From the NCBI RefSeq assembly GCF_009914755.1, contig NC_060934.1: DNA of 64,000 nucleotides, one strand, 5' to 3'. The notes beneath the pieces were generated by a model. It was not told the origin of the DNA and did no database searches. It saw only the letters and a program-made list of their open reading frames with translations. This document shows, in pieces, positions 53,601 to 64,000 of this stretch; within the stretch, counting starts at the first letter, position 1; every line of letters starts with the position of its first letter. This DNA is from the human T2T-CHM13v2.0 reference genome, Homo sapiens. Position numbers and translations under genes: made by a program.

Positions 53601-55277
53601 TTGGTCCTCATGAGTGGAGTGGAGGACAGGACAGCAGGAGTCCAGCACACCTAGGTCACCTCCTTCTGGGCATGTTAGCTGAGGAAACAGGGTTGGAGGG
53701 TGAACCCAAACATGGAGCACAGAGCACCTGAGTTTGGGGGCACCTATGAAATAAAATTGATCATGGGTTGATAAGCATTGAAACTGCATGACATGTACTT
53801 GGTTGGTTGGTGGCGGGGTAGGGTAAGTATAGTAATTTGCTTTGCTTTTGTATATGTTTAAAATATTAATTTTTTAAAATTAATGCATGCAATGCCAAAA
53901 ATAGCATCTGTTATGGAGAGAAAGTTAATAGCAAAAGTCAGCTTTTGGTTATCTTTTAATGGGGCAGAGTTCTGGAGACACTAATCTTTAAAAGTGGGTA
54001 TACTGTTCTATTACTTCTCCTTAATCACCTCTCATTACATGAACAACACATCCCCAGATCTGGCCCTTACTCTTCTCAGTTTAGCCCTAACGCTTGGAAG
54101 AACAAAGACTGAGTGGCTAGGAAAGAAACCGAACCAAGTGAGAGGCAGAAGAGCTCTATGTGGGGGAGAAAAGTAAGAGAGATCCCCAGGTAATCCAGCC
54201 AGAGGATAACTGAGAGCTGACTGTGAATTACTTCTATGTCATAAAAACCCAATACTATCCTATCTGACTTTAAAAGAAAAATAATTTACATAAAGCTCCT
54301 AAATTAAAAAAATAAACAGTTCCAGAAAACCAAGGGGCAAACTCTCTACAGAGTAACAAGCTCCCCGGGACAGCAATGAGTAAGAATGCCGAGGGAGAAG
54401 CAGTCGATAGTTTCAGCTCTGTAGGTGGAAGTTTTTAAATCTGGGGAGCACCTTGGCTGTAGGAATCATACCACCGGGTAGCTGCCGGCCTTGGAGATCA
54501 CTCATCTTCCCTGGTGCAGCATGATGCTTTTTTCTTTATCTTTTAGGAGTATCCATGACTGGGGTAATTAATTAGCTCATAAAAAGCTGCTCCAACCAGG
54601 CTGTGCCCAGTGTTTCCTAGCTTTGTTAGGAAAACTTGAGAGAATCAGTGTGGCTGAATTAACTGGTCTTCAGGTAATAACTAAATCAAAGATGTCTTGG
54701 GTACCCTGGGAAGCTGGAGTCTCCTCTTTCCTGTGAATCAGTCAGCTCAAGATTGATGAAGGGCTGCTAAGGTCAGGCTTAGAAACACAAAACCATCTGC
54801 CAACTCTCTAGGGCTGGTATCTGCAGTAGAGCAATTTTAGAAGAACAGGTGTTCACTTTTAACTTACCTCTTCTTTTCTTTTATGCTGAAATCGTGATTT
54901 TTAGCTAGAAAGTACCTCCAGTTGGTTGATGAGATACACAGACTGTCTACTGTAACTTAAAATAACCTGGCCCAAAGGTATAGAGATAACTTCAGCTGAC
55001 TATCACCCAAAGTCATAGGCCATGCATCCCTGGCAGTGGCCACTCTGGCTTCCCCAGAAGTATTTGGCAGCATCAGGAAACAGTGACTAGAAGTCACTGC
55101 CCCAAAAAGATTAAGCCAAGGAACACTGTTTCACCCTCGGAATGATGCAGGACTGTGGAAAAGATTCCATTTGGCCCATCTACTTTGCAGAGCATGCTCA
55201 AGAGCCACAAAGTCCTTGCAAGCTGACAGTTAAATGCTTCTGGTTCCTTGAAAGTATCTTCCAGCTCAGTAGTCTGA

Positions 55278-56385
<1,108 letters not shown>

Positions 56386-56551
56386 ACTTGAGGGGTATTC
56401 CTTGAAGTGTGAAAGGGCATTAGGTTTGCAGTCGTATAGCCTGGTTTTGAATCCAGACCTAACCACTTTACTGAGTGACCTTAAGAAGGTCAGTTTCCTT
56501 TCTGAGCATTGCTTTCCTCATCTATAAAATGGGGTTAATAATGGCTACCCA

Positions 56552-57620
<1,069 letters not shown>

Positions 57621-58059
57621 CTATACTTGGAATAAAGTTCAAACATTAGAAAGAATAAGCTAGAGCATGAGCTAAAGAGTCATGTCAGTTGACTGTTACA
57701 TCAGAAAGAAGGAGGTGCAGAGAGGGTTATAGAACATGACACCATTACTTTAAAACAAACATGTAAAACAAAAATCATATGTAATTGTGTTCATGAGCTG
57801 ATATATTATTATATGAACATGGAGAAGAGAATGGAAGAATGTACCACATTGCCAACAACAATTTAATGGGGTGGAGGATGGGGAGGGAGGAAGACTAGTT
57901 AGGGAAGGAAGAAGTGAGAGTTGGGGGAAAGAGGAAAAAGACTCAGTATTTGCAGATGGAACTCTGAGCAAATACAGGAGTAGAAAACTAAGCACTCAGC
58001 ATTCAATAAAAGCCCTGCGATAAGGAGGCGAATTCCACATGAGTGGAATACGCCTAACT

Positions 58060-59690
58060 GTGGACACACAGACACAGGGATCCAGGGTGAGAGAAACCAA
58101 TCAGGGAGAGGAGGATATCTGTGCAAGCAAGCATGGTGGTAGCTTGGAATGGGAATCAGAGTCCAGGCAGAGATAGGACGGCTCTCTTGCAGAGTATGGG
58201 GTGCAGAGATATGAGATGGGTTAGGTATAGGGAGATTGATCAAATAAGTAAATATATTAAGGATAATGGAAATTAGGTTTCTCACTGATGGTGAAGGGAG
58301 TTACAAATGCAGAAAGGACTGGTCATGTTGAATTAGAATTGGAGGTATTCATTTGAATTCATGGCTTTCAACATATATAGATATAGAAATAAATATAAAT
58401 GAGTGCATGTGTGTGTGTAAAACACATATTTCATAACTCTGTCCACTGAGAGAGGCTGGAGCAGCAACATCCAATAGCAATGAGTAGATCTGACAACTAG
58501 ATTCTGGCATCTAAGCTGTCATTTTGCACTAGAAGGAATCAGGGCTCCTTGTAGAAATGGCTGATTCCAGGGCTGGTACTTGGAAAATACAAGATACACT
58601 GGACTACCTATCTTATCATTCCAAAAAGCAAAGAAGTGCTCAAAGAGTGATGTAGACAAAAGCCAGCTTCAATAGGCTTTCTCTGGACAAATTTGAGATA
58701 ATTTGAACATCAAAATAAAAATCAATAGTAATACATTATAGTTCATTGCATAATATAGAAAACTATGAATCTGGAGAAATATAAATTATAAATTGAAAGT
58801 TTGATGAGGAAAAAGATATTTAAATTGTTTCAAAGTACTTCCCCACAAATATTTATTAATTACAAAGGGGAAATGGGTAATTTACAGTAAAGAAAGCTAG
58901 TAGACACCACCTTAATCAAGAAATCAGAGTGGGCCAGGTGTGGTGCCTGACGCTTGAAATTCCAGCACTTTTGGGGTCAAGGTGGGAGGATTGCTTGAGC
59001 TCAGGAGTTTGAGGCGGCTGCAGTGAGCTGTGATCACACCACTGCACTCCAGCCTAGGCACTACAACAAGACCTTGCCTCTAAAAAAAAAAGAAAGAAAG
59101 AAAAGGAAATCAGAGTGAATGTCATCAGCAGCACCACAGGCTCATCAAAATCATGTGCCACCTAATAGGATGCAACAAGGTCACAGTGTCACCTCTTTAT
59201 TAGACCTGCCAAAGCTGCATATCCTAATCTAATCACAAGGACACACCAGACAAACTCAAATTGAGAGACATGCCACACAAAACTGGCCTGTAATCTTTAA
59301 TAGTGCCAATGTCATGATGTCAAGGAAAGACTGAGCAACTATTCCAGATTGGAAAGTGAGGAGATATGAAAAATTGAATGGAATGTGTCATTTGGGACTG
59401 GATCCTTTTGCTATAAAGGGCATATTGCCATTAAGGACTATTGCTAAAAACATGAATCAGGTCTAACGATAAGGAGCAATAGTGTGTCCAAGTTAATTTC
59501 CAGAATTTGATGGTTTTATTTTGTATATGTGGGAGAATGCTCTTGTTCATAGGAAATACACACTAATGTAGTTGGGGATGATGGGGCATTAGGTTAGCAA
59601 CTGAATTTTTAAATTGTTTAAGGAGAAAAGTTGTTATCCTATTCTGTAAACATGTCTGTTGTCTATGATTATTTTAAAAGAAAAAAGGAT
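58060..59690 (+). mobile_element. L1MC-like 3' region with a partial Alu (58932-59100)
   Basis: aggaatcagggctccttgtagaaatggctgattccaggg, gacaccaccttaatcaag, ggaaatacacact. Confidence 0.7.
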
Positions 59691-59769
59691 AATAACAGAG
59701 AGGAAAAGATGACAAATACACACAAGAATCTAATTTAGCTCAGTCTTAAAATCCACTAAAATGAGAATA

Positions 59770-61192
<1,423 letters not shown>

Positions 61193-61430
61193 TTAAAAAT
61201 AAAATTAAAATTAAAAACCTGGACAAAATGTGAAAAACCAGGGTTGCAGACACTAACAGTTACCAATACCACACTGTGATCACAGAGAGAAGGGGCTGTG
61301 ATCATCGAGGAACTCACACAGGTGAGTTCCACATTTACCCTGGCTTTCTCCCATTTTCTGGGCCAGGCTGTGGGGCCAGGGAACACAGCCAGGGGAGAAG
61401 AGCGTCACACGGGTTAGGAGTAGACGTCAG

Positions 61431-62832
61431 GCTCCTCCTGTCCATCAAAACTCCTCAGACCAGGGTCGCTCACGTCTGCTGCCTTGCCATGCCTTCCTAC
61501 AGCTGTCACCAGTCACAGACCAGCCTCATCCTCCTGGGGCTTGGGTGGCAGCTCCATGCATTTTGAGGCAGGGGACACCTTCTGCATGCCCAGCATCCAC
61601 CAGGATCCATGGGCCACAGCATGTCAGTATCCTCTGTTGGTTTCTTGTCCTCATCCTTTTCTGTGGGCTATGATGGGGACGATGGGGGTTACAGTGGCAG
61701 CTGTGCTAATGCCCTGGCCAGGTCCAATGGGCTGCTGGTAGGCAACGAGAAGATCACCATGCAGACCCTCAATAACCACCTATCTGGCCTCCTACCTGGC
61801 CAAGGTGAACGCCCTGGAAGAGGTCACCTGAGAGCTGGGGGTGAAGGTCCATGGCTGGTACCAGAAGCAAGGGCCTGGGCCCTCCTGTGGCTTACACCCA
61901 CTACTTCAAGCCCATCAGGGACCTATGGGACAAGATTCTCACTGCCACCATTGAGAACTTCAGGATTGTCCTGATGACCAACAGCACCCATCTGGCTGCA
62001 GATGACTTCTGAACCAAGTTTAAGGAGCTGGCCCCGGGTCTGAGCCTGGAGATCCACATCAACGTTCTGTGCAGGGTGCTGGGCGAGCTGAGCCTGGCCA
62101 GGACTGACCTGGAGATGGGGATGGAAAGCCTGAAGGAGGAGCTGGCCTACCTGAAGAAAAATTGCCAGAAAGGAATTGTTGCCCTGAGGGGCCAGGTGGG
62201 AGGCCTAGTCAGTGTGATGATAGATTCCCCTCCAGGCATCAACCCAGCCTAGATCCTGAACAACGACTTGAGAAGCAAATAGGAAGTCATGGCTGAGCAG
62301 AACTAGGAGGGTGCTGAAGCCTGGTTAACCAGCCAGTCCCAGGAGCTGAATCAGGAGGTTACCAGCCACATGAGCAGCTCCAGATGAGCAAATTCAAGGT
62401 CACTGACCTGCGGTGAACCCCCCAGGGTTTTGACATTGAGCTGCAGCAGCTCAGCATGAAAGCCGCCCTGGAAGGCACACTGGAAGAAACAAGGGCCCTC
62501 TTTGGAGCCAAGCTGGCACAGATCCAGGCGCTGGTCAGGGGTGTTGAAGCCCAGCAGGGTGACGTGGGTGCTGACAGCCAGCAGCAGAACCAGCACCAGT
62601 GGTTCATGGACATCAAGTCTCAGCTGGAGGAGGAGATTACTATCTACTGAAGCCTGTCCTTGGGCCAGGATGCCCAATAACAACCCTCCTGCCTCTAAGG
62701 TCCTCTGAGTCCACTGGCTTCTGGGCTTCTGTCCTCCAGGAGAGGAGTTCCCCTGGGTAGGGGAAAGGGAGGGGAGGGACACTTACCCCTGGCTCTTTTC
62801 CTGGCCAGCCAATAAAGTTTTATGGCCTAAGG
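61431..62832 (+). pseudogene. KRT19P4: Processed keratin 19 pseudogene
   Basis: Intronless KRT19-like 5' UTR, ATG at 61489 (MPSYS...), [40 protein letters not shown], terminal ASKVL* at 62708, AATAAA at 62811-62816; many stops and frameshifts. The P4 number is from memory of the locus. Confidence 0.9.
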
Positions 62833-62854
62833 TGGGTGTAGGGGTGTGGGGAGG

Positions 62855-63848
<994 letters not shown>

Positions 63849-64000
63849 TAATATGGTTTGGATTTGTGTCCCCACCCAAATCTCATGTCAAATTGTAACC
63901 ACCATTGTTGTGGGAGGGGCCTGGTGGGAGGTGATTGAATCATGGAGGCAGACTTCCCCCTTGCTGTGCTCATGATAAGGAATGAGTTCTCATGAGACCT
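63849..64000 (+). mobile_element. MSTA-like LTR (truncated by window end)
   Basis: taatatggtttggatttgtgtccccacccaaatctcatgt...ggggcctggtgggaggtgattgaatcatgg. Confidence 0.85.

Overview
Human-type (primate) genomic DNA, Alu-dense, recognisable as the MYPN-ATOH7 locus (10q21.3 from memory). Left: the last four coding exons and 3' UTR of MYPN (myopalladin, + strand; all splice junctions and phases check out; C-terminus ...VESDEL). Centre: the complete single-exon bHLH gene ATOH7 (- strand, CDS 32019-32477) in a CpG island, with TATA box, four E-boxes and an Alu-free upstream enhancer block. About 19-21 kb further upstream is a second Alu-free, homeodomain-motif-rich block at the position expected for the known ATOH7 remote ('shadow') enhancer. 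Right: a processed KRT19 pseudogene inside an old L1. The rest is transposon-derived (about 45 Alus including one AluYb8, a full-length Tigger1, a Tigger3 with nested THE1 LTR, MER/MLT/LTR, L1, L2, MIR). I cannot support a wholly new biological system here. The most interesting undescribed-looking details are: an Alu that appears to have split the branch point from a MYPN acceptor; a micro-duplication that made four PAR-bZIP D-boxes next to the remote enhancer; a decayed Ty3/Gypsy gag-pol relic beside that enhancer; three uORFs in the ATOH7 leader, one in frame with the CDS; a strong CTCF motif between MYPN and ATOH7; a human-specific AluYb8 3 kb upstream of ATOH7; a permuted local duplication around a MYPN exon; and a pseudogene with a GT-rich segment instead of a poly(A) tail. 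Repeat boundaries and subfamily names were read by eye and are approximate.
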